DNA of 64,000 nucleotides from contig NMRA01000363.1 of assembly GCA_002633005.1 (NCBI GenBank), forward strand, positions 119,536-183,535, written 5' to 3'. The notes beneath the pieces were generated by a model. It saw only the letters and a list, made by a program, of their open reading frames with translations, made no database searches and was not told the origin of the DNA. Below, piece after piece: positions 39,301-51,700 of the stretch (position 1 is its first letter; the number at the start of each line of letters is the position of its first letter). Position numbers and translations under genes: made by a program. Source of the stretch: Phoronis australis (taxonomy: Eukaryota > Animalia > Phoronida).

Positions 39301-42300
39301 TCTTAACGCCATCAGCTAATGTATATTAGCATGAAATTGCCAAATAAAGGCATGTGGTTTACTTAGAAATTTCGGCCGACCTGAACATGAGGTACTCGAG
39401 GATTTTCGAGCCGGTCTATCACGACCAAAACACCTTATGCGATGTAAGCCGTAGTCGAGGGCCCGGCGTCACTGGTCCTATGGAAGCAGTTTGTTCATTA
39501 TTTATAAAATTTCCAAAATATACTTACAAGGTGGCGAGTACTTCAACGCCGTTTGTGTTTGGTGGAAACACGGTTCCTTGAAATATGCTGAAGAAAGTGT
39601 GCATTGGCTGAATTGCATGTTCCACACTCTCGTGCAGTGCACAAGCTGATGCTGTTTCTGTGCAACTTTCACATATTTAGGAAATTTGAACACGGAGACG
39701 TTCTCATTCAGTGTTACTACAACCTCCACAAATGCACCTTTTCATGTTTGAAAAAGGCGGCTCTCCGTGGACTTTCCCCACAACTCAGTATCGCATTGGT
39801 AGAAACAACAACAGCGCAGACGGTCTTCCACCCATTACGTACAACCCAAATTACCACTGAACAAGTTGCCCCACCTCGATAAGGTGGAGTAAGTTGTCAC
39901 AATTAAGCGAAGTCAATTTCACTAGTTAAGATAGCGTCCACACAGCATTCAAACCCAGCGACAACTCGTTCCAGGACTAACCTGTAAGGGTAAGTCTGTG
40001 TGTGGCTGACACTTTATGCTTTTCCCAAAACTGAAAGTAAATTGATTTTAAGAATATACTGTTTAATGAGAACATTTCACCAATTTGGGCCACTTTTTGT
40101 TTTTTAACATGATTTTGTTTAATACATTTGACCAATTACGTTCGAGTTTAGGTCTAGTAAAAACATTACATTTTCTCATATTTTCATCAAAAAAATTAAA
40201 AGTGTACAGCAGGATTGAAAGAACAAATTCTTAATGAACAGATTGATATCAATATTATTTATTAAAATCAGTCAGTAACGACCATTTCGTAGCTGAAAGT
40301 TTTGGCCCCAGTACTATAAGTCACAAAGATTTAGCGGAGGATGAAAATGTGTTATGAAGGGCTCTCATTATTTCAATTTCTAAAGCAATTCATATATTTG
40401 TTGTATTGGATATCTATAGAAAAATAAAAGTTTAAATACTTTGCTGGCATACTTTTCATTTTCCACCATTTAGTATGCTAATAGATATAAGCCTGACTGA
40501 AAACCATGAAAATAGGACTATTTTGCTTTTGTTCAATTTCGGTTTGCTCATCCTGTTTCTGTGCACGAAAATGTGCGAGTGCAAAACGATACACGTGACA
40601 TTCAAATCGCTCTGATTGTGATAGGAATGAGACAAAATCACATGTTACCGCTGATTGGCTTTTCCCATTTTTTGCGTAGTGATGATCGATATCACAGCCA
40701 TGGTTTTAAGGTGGCCTCAGAATTGCCACTCTCTGTGCTTCAGAAACCAGGAAGATAGACAACCCCATTATTGATGTAGATCACAAATTTCTGTAGTCAT
40801 TCGTCATCATTTTTGTTGTGTACAGCTCTTCATTTACCCAAGTGATGGCTGAGAAGTCGCTGCAGGTGTTACTGCTATTTGACCCATTGCATTATGAAAG
40901 GTATGTTATCTCTTTTCAAATATATTTCTCACTATTTTGCTATCTATTTTACAACTGTTCACTGAATTTCAATCACCTCGATTCACCACTTCTGTTACCT
41001 AAAATTACCCCAAATTACCACCCGTGGCCAGGCAAATTGCTGACCATTGGAGACCAGTTTCAGTGACGCTGTTTACGATTAAAAATTCCCCTTTAATTAA
41101 TTGACTTGGCTAGTGAGTGTACATCAAAAACCACATAGATGAATTTAGATTCTATTTCCTACACTTCCATTGCTATTTGTGTATTTTGATGAGTTTAAAA
41201 CTGTTATCGAAGTTAAGAGCATTCTCAGAGATTTGATTTGCCCAAAAGCAAGTTCCCATTAATTGCTGTCTATAGGCCCTTTCATACTGACTTAACTCCG
41301 GTGTGAGCGGAGCGTCAAGGTATACTTTGAAGTTAACAGAACCGTTCATATCGCGGCTTTGGTAGTTAAAAGACACCAAAGAAAACTGTATGTAACACTG
41401 TTGTCATCAACGTAATCACAAGGTAGTACTGATGCATCGCGTGCACGCTAAGTTTTTTAATGTGACAATTTGGGAACATTTACATGACTGTGCTAATTGA
41501 CTTAAAACTTATTTCTAATTCGACTGGTGATTATTCGAGTATACTATATTAACCAACTATTAGCGATGACGTCGCCCTTTAATTGTTGACGATAACAGCG
41601 ACCCCTGGCGATAACTAATATGGGACCAAATTTGACTGTTCACACTGCACCCTTCTGATTCAACAAGATTTTCTTACTTTTATTACATATTTTCAGGATG
41701 CCTTCAAAAAAGAAAAAAGTTGTTCCAACCCAACCAGTGGCAAAGAGACAGTTTCTTCAAGAAAATTTCAGCTCTGTTCCATGTGAAGACTGAATAGAAA
41801 TGGTCGCACCCTCCATGTATGCCTACAGTGCCGTAATAACGGAGGCAGTGATGCCTTCTATTGGCAAACCTGGTGGTAATTGGAAAATTGCTAATTGAAA
41901 TAACATGACATTGCTGTTTAAAAAGTAAGTTATTTGTAAGAAGTACCAGTCACTGTCAGTGAAAGCAGCTACCAAAGTTAAGAGAAGTGCATGGAGACTT
42001 ATCGTGTCTTGTTCCTAACTCCAGTGATGAACCTGTATCTTGCGAGGTAACAGAACCAGAACCTGAATTTGGTCATTCAGTTGAATAATTGTCACAGACT
42101 TCAACACATTTCTATAATGTGGAAGCTGTCTGTGCTAATACGTAATTCATTTTGTGACAATGACAGGATTTGCCCAGTTTGAAGCAATACACATTTGTAC
42201 TCACTTCAAAATCTCGTACTTTTATTCAACACAATGTACTTATTACACCCGCACGCCTGGGAAACAAAACTAAAGAGACGGTTAGTATGTTACAAAGAAG

Positions 42301-42599
42301 ATAAAAGTACAAGAAAATGATGATCCAAGAACTCAAATCTTTTCTCTAGGCAAAAGCACTGCAAATGAAACATTTGACTATACAGTTGAGATGTCAAAAA
42401 GATACTATTGAAAACAGAAAGTTGTCAGTTAAGTGATCTAATGCCGGGCTAAGTTATATTACATGTTTGTGTGCCATTGATAAAAGTAATGTTTTTTAAT
42501 AAAATATTGGTCAGGAGCTCTTCAGTTAAAAGAATTTTGGTCAGTTAGTTGGATGTGATATGATATGATAGACATCCGATGCACATTTCATGTTTCGCG

Positions 42600-43078
42600 G
42601 AGACCGGTAGCCATTTTGGCAGTCATTCTCAGTAATAAATTCTTGTATTGATAAATTTTATATTTGGACGGTTCATAAAACTGTACCTTGTATTTGGTAT
42701 GTTACATGGCAGGATTACCTGATTTTTTCGATGACCATTGCAGAAGTGTTCTTGGCAGCTATTTTGGAAGCTGTTTTGTCTGTCATTTTGGAAATATTAG
42801 CTATTTCAAGTAAACGATGCTTTTCTTGATCATTCTGTCATAAAGAGATGTATGATCTGACAAATTATCGCACATGGTTCATTAACTTGAATAATAACAC
42901 CATTTGCGGCCATATTGGCAACCATTTTGGAAATTCAAATTTGCAGAAAAATATTAGTCACACAGAAAGTGCAATGATTACTGTGTCCTGAAAATATCAT
43001 GCTGTTTTTTAGAGTATTATTGATGAAAGTTGTTTGAGAAAAACTAATTTTTTGTCACACCAATTTACTGTGGACTAA
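42600..43078. mobile_element. End of a DNA transposon with GCCATTTTG subterminal repeats (Academ-like terminus)
   Basis: Repeated (g)gccattttgg motifs ending in ttttgtcacaccaatttactgtggacta (reverse complement TAGTCC...); family assignment is inferred. Confidence 0.4.
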
Positions 43079-45527
43079 AGCAAAAGCCTATTGGTCATTA
43101 AACAACAGCAAGAAACATTTTTTTTTGTTAGAAAGAAATTTTAAAATACTATAAAATTCTTATGTTTGTTAAGACAAAAAGGTAATTAAAGTGAATTTGT
43201 TGTCAGGTCCCTAGGATTGTGACAGCTGTCTCTGGTGGATTGTGAGCCATGAGCAGACGTTGCAAGTGTTTGAGCTGCAGAAATTCAGTGTATTACTTCA
43301 ACTGTTTGGCTTTATCTCTTACAGGTAATAGTCATTTGTTTTAAGTGCATTCATCAGTGACTTCTGATCTAGGTGTGTTATGGTTTTGGTCGAATCCTAA
43401 ACATGACAGCGTTCTCCAGTTGATCCCAACTTGTTCGATGGGATGGCAAACAAACGATTAAGTTAGTGCGCGGTTGACCGGTGTAGTCAGTATCTTACAT
43501 TGCAGTATTTATGGTTGGAGGTCCAGTTCTCTTTTGTTTGATAATTGCCCCAATTTGATAAGATGGTATCTAGCCTGATTTAGCTGTGCTGCTAAAAATA
43601 AAAAATAAGTTATAAACTATTTGAACACAAACCAATCACAATTGTAATTTCCTCATTAAATGCTTATCGTCTTTTAGTTTTTGAGTCTCGAAAACCACCC
43701 AACTACAACGGAAGTTAAGACTATGTATTCTATCCAAACACATTGTCAATGCACTGAGTATGACTGTGCTCATTGGTGGTTGGTAATAAAATGCAACTTC
43801 TATTCATTTCATAACGTTTGCATCCATGATAAATAACGTAGAAAATATATATCTGAAACTAAATAAGGCGATCCAGATCCTCCCAACGATACTATTGTTT
43901 CAAGAAAGGAAGAATATAAATCGGTAAATAAAACAACAAGAATGGATCAACTGAAATTTGAAATTTTCGGATGTAACAACTTCCTTTATCAACAAAAACA
44001 GAACATGATACATATACTAAATTCTTAAGTTTGATCCAATACATTGTTTTTAGCAGTGTATGCGACTTTATTAAAGATATTATGCCTCATGTGTTTGTTT
44101 TATTTAGTTATGTGCTTTATCAGGATTGCCAAATTGATAACATGGAGGAAACACTGAATTTCCAAATACCGGTAACTTTTAACGTTCTTCATTTTCCGTC
44201 TGCGGGTGCCACATTTTACTTTGAGGAAGGCGGGACATTTTACAGTCAGCTATATAGTATCTTTTGGTGGCCCGTGGAAAGAATCTGATCTATCCATTGA
44301 ACATCCTATTGACTGGTATTGCTTGGTTCTCAAAATCCACAACTGCCAAATGGGGCTACCGGTAAATACCATCTCAGCTGGGCACTAATGACTCTTCATC
44401 CATCTGTTGTAGCAGGTTAAGTCTTGTTATGATCGAGTGTGTATGGTACATAAGAGTTGTATTAAAGTGCTTAAAAACACCAATGCCATATCGAAAAACA
44501 TGAATAAAAAACAGCTCCACCAGTTGATCAGTTTTCAAATCGGAATACCTGCAAACACCTTCTGATTAGCCAATCCCAATTCACAAGCATTTATTGGTTG
44601 ATATAATACTATGGGAATTGGGATAATCAGTCACAGCATACAGTCATCCCCCATTGTATGTAATGTGATGCCTGGTCGTCAATTATTGCTACTCGTTTTC
44701 CTATGGTTTTTGGTACAATAAAGGATCGTTAGGTGTTGTGTTTGCGGTGGTTGTGACAACTCGGTATTTGAACACACTGTGAATCTTTACACTTTCAGAA
44801 AAGCGTTGGCATTATGGAACATTAGGTTGTACGAGAAACTTGCGTGTTGGTGGATATGGTACAGTTGTGCTGGATACGTTCATGAATATGTCACACTCGT
44901 GTCCGTGGAGCTCAACAACATTCAATTAAAATTGTATTTTTTCTGTTTTTTATTTTTTTTTTGAATGCGTGGTTGTCATATACAGCGCTACAAAGAAAGG
45001 CTTAATGATTTTGACAGACAAGTGTAGTCACTTCCCCTAACAAGGTAAAAACGGTGTTTTTAAGCACTTTAAAGGGATAGTGTCAAGGATATCTTGTCAT
45101 TCGCAGTGTAACAACGAAGGCTTGATTTGGCAACTTTAACCTACGCTGATGAGATGTGGTTGCTGAGCTTGGGTATAGAGTTGACAGATCACTGTTACTT
45201 CAAAGCATGGACAATTTGCTCAGTCAACAAAGTAATTTGCTCAATCGAGCCTTAATTGGAGGCGAGAAATCACATCTATGAATAACTTGAATAGTTTCGT
45301 TATTTGAGACCGGTTATATAAATATGGCAAATGATCCTGTTCCTTAACATAAAAAATCAGTCAGGTGTGTTCATAGCACTATTCAGTATGAGTAAAAACA
45401 TTGGCTGCTACACGTGTCTCACATTTTCATGCTTAATCCTTTTAATAATTTTAGCAACAGTCTTGAGTGAAGAGTGAAGTTTGGTGCAAGAAGATACACT
45501 TAAGACCTGTTTGTGACTACATTTATC

Positions 45528-45710
45528 ATGGGGAAGCCATGCTACAAGGGCAAGTCGTGTCGCTTCATCTGCATGTTCTGTCTCACAGCCAGTTTCTTCG
45601 TGGTCGAGATCACCATCGGTTATGTAGTCAACTCTATTGCTCTGGTGGCCGACTCTTTCCATATGCTGTCTGATGTCGTCGCACTAGTTGTTGGATTCGC
45701 CTCCATTAGG
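45528..45710 (+). CDS. ZnT exon 1 (TM1-2)
   Basis: MGKPCYKGKSCRFICMFCLTASFFVVEI..SFHMLSDVVALVVGFASIR, donor GTAGGT. Confidence 0.92.
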
Positions 45711-48700
45711 GTAGGTCATTCAAAGTGACAGACTGACATTTTCTTGACCTTGTAAAATTTGACATGAAGTGATCAATAGGCCGTTTTGCGAAACTACCTT
45801 TGTCCTGATTTTAGACATAGTTTCTGTTTGTTGTAGAGTGTACTAAGCATTCAGGAAAATGTTTTTATTCTGGCCTGCACGGTGCTGCCACTTTATACTT
45901 TTTGAAAACTGTTAGGCAGTAGTAACCGTCTAATGCAGTGGGTCAAGAATAACCGGGAATGTTGTACTGGTGACTGTGAGAGCAGCAACTTCTCAAGCTG
46001 CATGGTTGTGACGGACAATTGGGCACTTGGGCCGTGACAACTAAAGTGTTTTAAAACACTACATTTAGATAACTTATGCTGTACTTTTAAACACAGTTAA
46101 TGGTATGTTCAATAAATTGTACTTTTTGTACTTTTTTATGGCAAGTTTATATTTTTTTTGCTGACAACGCGGAATCGTACTTTTTTCAGTGAGTGATACT
46201 ACTGTACATTATGGTCCATCCCCTCCTTGTGATAATCTAGATCTGCCAAAGCTAAGTTTGTCTTGCATTTAGCTTTTGATGTCTAAATATTTATGTTGTC
46301 ACCATTATCACCTGTTTACAAACACATCGTTGATGAAGGTGGACTATGTCAGACCTGTGTACCGTATGGAAAAAATGCGCATTCGTTAGGAAATTTGTCT
46401 TGTAGTAGTATGCAAGTACACGAGACCAGGCAAAATACGCACATTCGGTGAAGATTATGTTGATGATTGGTGGGACATTGTGCACGAAGTGGACTTGACG
46501 GTCTGCCAGTTAATAGAAGAACACCGTGTTTCTTTATAAGAAACTGTCTGTCAGTATGTTTTATTCTATGATCGCATCAATATATACACAAGTAGTATGC
46601 CCATATAAGGCAAGATACAGCAAAACCAAAAAGAGTGAAATCAATGCATTCCAAAGCCAGAGGATTCAACTAATTATTTCATATACAACAATTTCTTATA
46701 CAACAATTTCTTATACAACAATTTCTTATGCAATTCTTCTGCAATGTTTATACAACAATCTCTTATGCAATTCTTATACAATTTCTTATGCAATTTACAA
46801 TACATCATGGAGATCATCCTTCAACACCCCCACTTGATCTACACTATCCTCAACATGCATATAAGGACATTCAAAATAGATAAATCCTAGATGAAACATC
46901 TACAGTAATACCAAACTCACAAGGCATAACATAGAGTTTTACAGTAATACATGTAATACCTGTCATGGACAGGATCATTGGGGATATGCTGGTGCATTAT
47001 TCCCCTCCCCAGACCATCCCCGTGACGGCAGAAGGCGCAGAACTCCAGGGCTGACGTCGCCTGTAAGCATTTGATTTGACAGCACTCGGGTACGGCTCTT
47101 CTTGTGACTCTTCGCAGCATGGCCATAAATAATACCGGCTTCGAGCAGTCGGCTGCTATCATTGAACTCAGCCAGTTGGGATGCAGTCTGCTCGAGGTCG
47201 GGTTGCGTTTGCGGGCCAGCAGCTTAACTTCAGCCGAACATAAGTAGAGGGGTTGGTTGGTGGTGCATGAGCCAGCGAGGTAATCTGCACGCTCATTAAT
47301 CAAGACACCGGCATGGCCAGGTACGAAAGACCAGATCACTACATGATGAGGGTGGCGTGATCGAAAGACACCCCAGTTGGCTGGGAGGTTTCCAGATTGA
47401 ACTTTCATCAACACTGCCATGGAATCGGTGGCAAAGATAATGGTGTGATTCTCCAGGTTTAGGAGTGAGAGCTTGGTAGGGCACGTTGTATAGCCTCAAA
47501 CTCCATCCGCGTACTGCTTGTGTATACATGGTGGCAGCCACTACCTTCCGCAATGACGTTGTTAGCACAGCGTATTTGATAACCCCATCCCGCACGATTA
47601 GTTTCACCATCGAAGGATCCATCAGTTGCTACAATGATGGCATTGATACCGCCAAGATCACGCCATTGCTGACGGCACAATGCTTGGACTACTCCAGGAG
47701 GCCATTCCCGAGCTTCCCTGTTGAAAGCAATGATGACATTCGGTTCCTCACCAAGTTCTTGTACTGGCAGCCAAGCAGCATCTTTACAGCAGTTTTACAA
47801 ATACACAGCTTAACTACCCAGGAGGATTTTTCTAAACTTCATGGCTTTGTCCCCTGGGAAAGGCTTTGCGAATAAATCAGCAACATTCTGATCAGTAGGT
47901 ACATATTCAATTTTCATAGCATTTTTCTGGATTTCATCTCTGACAAAATGATATCGAATATCAATATGTTTGGAACTCTGATGCACAACGGGGTTTTTGG
48001 TCAGTGTAACAGCACTCTGACTGTCACAGTGGATACTGAACTTTTGCACTCTACAACCACTCAAGCTTTCAAGAAAATGCCTTCCTGTGTTGCAGCAGAT
48101 ATTGACATATACTCTGCTTCAAAAGTCGAGAGAGCTACCGTTTGCTGTTTTCTTGTTTTCCACGAAATCAGTGGAACCTGATCAGACAACACAAACCCAA
48201 CCCATCGTGCTTTACCTCACGGTTGGCTCAATCTGCATCACAGAATCCAATCATTTTAAGAGTACCAGCTGACTTTGGAAACACTAGTTTGTTATCAGTG
48301 GTGCTTTTCACATCCCTAAGTGCATGTTTTACTATGGTCATGTGATTAGAGATGACATTTTCTGAGACAGTTTGGAGACAACATAGCACAAGTCGGGTCT
48401 TGTTGCTGTCATAGCATAAATAAGGCTTCCTACTATCTCCTGGCTCAAACTGCTCGCTACACAGCTTGTTTATATTCATGTCACATGGAGTGGATTTTGG
48501 TTTGCAATCTTGCATTCCAAACTTTTCCAATACTCTCCTCAAATATTGAGACTGACTCATAGTTATGACGCCCTCTTGGTGTTCAAATTCTATACTGAGA
48601 AACCAGGAAATCTGGCCGAGATCTTTCTGATACGACTGTGGAACACTTGCAATGTGATAACACCCATGTGCAGTGTATTCAGTTGTCATCTATTTACTCA

Positions 48701-51700
48701 TTGGTCAACATCGTTTCCAATAATATAATCCTTGTGCCAATATTATGGGGTGTTATCAGCAATCTTTGCTAAAAACCAGTATTGTGAAAAAATATTCAAT
48801 GGATGTAACAGCTATTTGTGAAGGATATCGTTGGAGTGGTGGTCAGTCAGCACGGATCTATGGCTTCCTTTACAGGTGTCCAAGATCAAATCACCTAAAA
48901 ACACATTTGGCTGGCAGCGAGCTGAGGTGCTAGGGGCCATGGTTAATGCAGTCTTTCTTGTGGCACTGTGCTTCAATATTGCCGTGGAATCAATACAAGT
49001 GAGTTCATGTATATTTGTTCTTCAGAAGTCTTGCTAATTTGCCAGTTAGAAAGGTGATACCAAAAATGGAAATTGACAGTAAATATGACTAGAACAAAAA
49101 TAATTGTATTAACTTACCTGTGACGATACAAGTGGTTTTTAAATGGTAATTACGTAAAGGTAACGCTAAATTACAGTTACTTATTAAGTACTCACTATAT
49201 AGTAAAAATCGGACATCTGCTCAAAGGAACCAGGCAGAAAATTTTTGTAAAGCATTACTTGTGCTAAAGAGACATTAATTATTATGAGAACTTTGTATTT
49301 TTGTACCAGTTACACATATACCACTTGTAATTTATTTCTTTGAGGTGGAGGGTTGTCATGTAGGCAAGGATATGAAATTGGTTCATGGAACCTGTAAATT
49401 TCTGTTAGGGTTACCTGCACAAACAGCAAATGAGGAATTTGGTAGGTAGCATTTGCGGGTTAGTAGACTCGTCGGAATGATTAAAGATTGGTGAAGAATG
49501 TTCTGCTTTGTAATATGAAGTCACAGAGAATGGTAAAGATAGCCAGGGGTTTAAAGATAAAGCACTGGCTTTGGGATTGTGTTAAAGTTAACCAAATTGT
49601 AGCTGAAAAGGAGATTTTGTAATCGAATTTCGAAATAGGTGTTAAGATGTGGAATCTGAACATTGGAATGGATAACTATTGGAGCAGACCAGTCTCGGTG
49701 TATACAGATTGTTAAAAATGATCTAGTAGTTGGATATTATGTGTCGCTTATTGAAGACTAATTGTTCATGTTGTATCGAGCCAGGTTCAGATGAGCTCAA
49801 TCCAGTTTAATGTCAATAGTAGGTCAAGGAGCATGTACGTGCTTTACGCTCACAATTTAAGGGTTTTGTGACTTAAATGTTGTTGAAAATGAAGTTAATT
49901 TTTTATCAGTGTGTCCTTTACATAACGATGAATGCCAAAACTATTTACCTCCTATTAGAAAGATAGTCGACGGTACTTTTGCAAATATAATGAAAACCAA
50001 CTGTGTTTAAGTGTTTAGCAGCCTGTTTAATTTTTATTAAAATCTGTTGTCAAAATTAATGTAAAATGTGTGCCCATGTGTACATAAATGCTAATACTGC
50101 ACACATCACAAAATTTTGTCCGACCGATCAGAAATCAGTCCACGAACGGTCGACAACTGGTCGTCTAGCCGACCAGCAGCCGACTAGCAATGGTCCCAGT
50201 GCTTGGAATCGTCGGCTGAGCCACCTCTTCAGTCTGCAATTGGGTCTGCAAACTAGTCGCCTAGCTTAGACGACCAATTCGGATTATGCGTATCCTCTGT
50301 CGGCAATTACCATTTTATGACTTATCGATGAACTTTGGTCAAACAAGGCATCGAACTGTTTGTTGTTCAGAATCTCCAGTGGCCACTCGGCCTTAACCCC
50401 GCTGTTTATCAACTTTCTATTGACTATTTAACATAGAAATATTGAATGTACTTACAAATTGCGTGAAATTAGAATAAAGTAAATGTTCTTGTGGAATTGC
50501 TGATGGATATGGTAAGGTCAAACGTTAAATGGTCTCGCGGAAATGTAATTTCGAACTCTCGCTATGGGGCGTTTTTTACGCATAACAATCACGAAACGTT
50601 TAAATGTTACAGTGAAATTGTATGAAAATTCAAAAACAACGCGGGAAGTGTTACGACCGCAGGTGTTATCTAGCCAGGAAATGTTCAATGAGTAGCTCGG
50701 AGTTGTACCCTTACAACACCAATTCTCATCTTCCTGTTGTACTATGCTGGCTATGGAAAAATAGTTTATTTTGGGAACAACGTCAACTACCGGTTGATCA
50801 CTAACGCAAATTCTAACATCATCGACGCATGAAAACGGCAAGCGCAAATCTTGGTTGTAGCATCAACCGTGATCCGTCATTCCGTGTTTGAAGTCACTTT
50901 CTAAGTTCGTAAAAATCGTAATCACATTATTTCAAAGTTGCAGCCTTTGAGCCCGTGGAAGTAAGTACTGTACGTTTTGTATCCGTCTTTACTGCATGGG
51001 TTAATTCTCTGAAAGTACAATCTTTGGAGTAACAGCCCTTCAGTGCTGCAACTCTCCCATCTTAGAGAAAAAAATCCAGGTGGTAATAATTGCGGTTTCA
51101 TTGATGGCATTGAAAATAAAGCATTGATTCACTAAAAGAATACCATGCCATACAGAAACACATACAATATTCAGGTCTTCAACGCAGGCTTCGAAACAAA
51201 TTTAGTTTGTCATGGGGGATTGGTTGCCGACTGTTCAGTTACTCAAAAGAGCCTGATTTCAAATTTGTAGACTGAAAATGTACAGAAACGTCACGCTCCT
51301 TAATGTGTTATAGCAGCGGTACGAATTTCTATTACGGCGGTTGATAAATTTACTTACGTTGTTTCGGTTTTAATTCCTTTACAAGTTGTTTCTCTACTTT
51401 TGGTTTCGTTTTTCGTTTACATTTAGAAGAGGTAAGATATATTCAGATCCCCTGTTACAAAAATACATACTGGGATGGTGAATTGGGAGGCACAAATCAA
51501 AGCATCTTAAAATTCGTCAGTTTTTTTAACAGCTGCAAATGTGTGATTACAAACCGTACAGTCGAAGCACGCGTGACAATTTGAATTAAACGTTTACAAC
51601 TGCTTGATGTTCATTACAATTCAAGGCAGATAGTTACAGTCTTGCTAAAGAGCATAGTAAGCCACACATAGTACCGCCCTGAGCCATCTACACCAGGCAT

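Noticed and set aside
46917-48064. Novel LTR element natively encoding two RNase H domains
   Set aside because: The 9-bp TSD around the second domain and resumption of the copia PPT/LTR indicate a nested LINE insertion.
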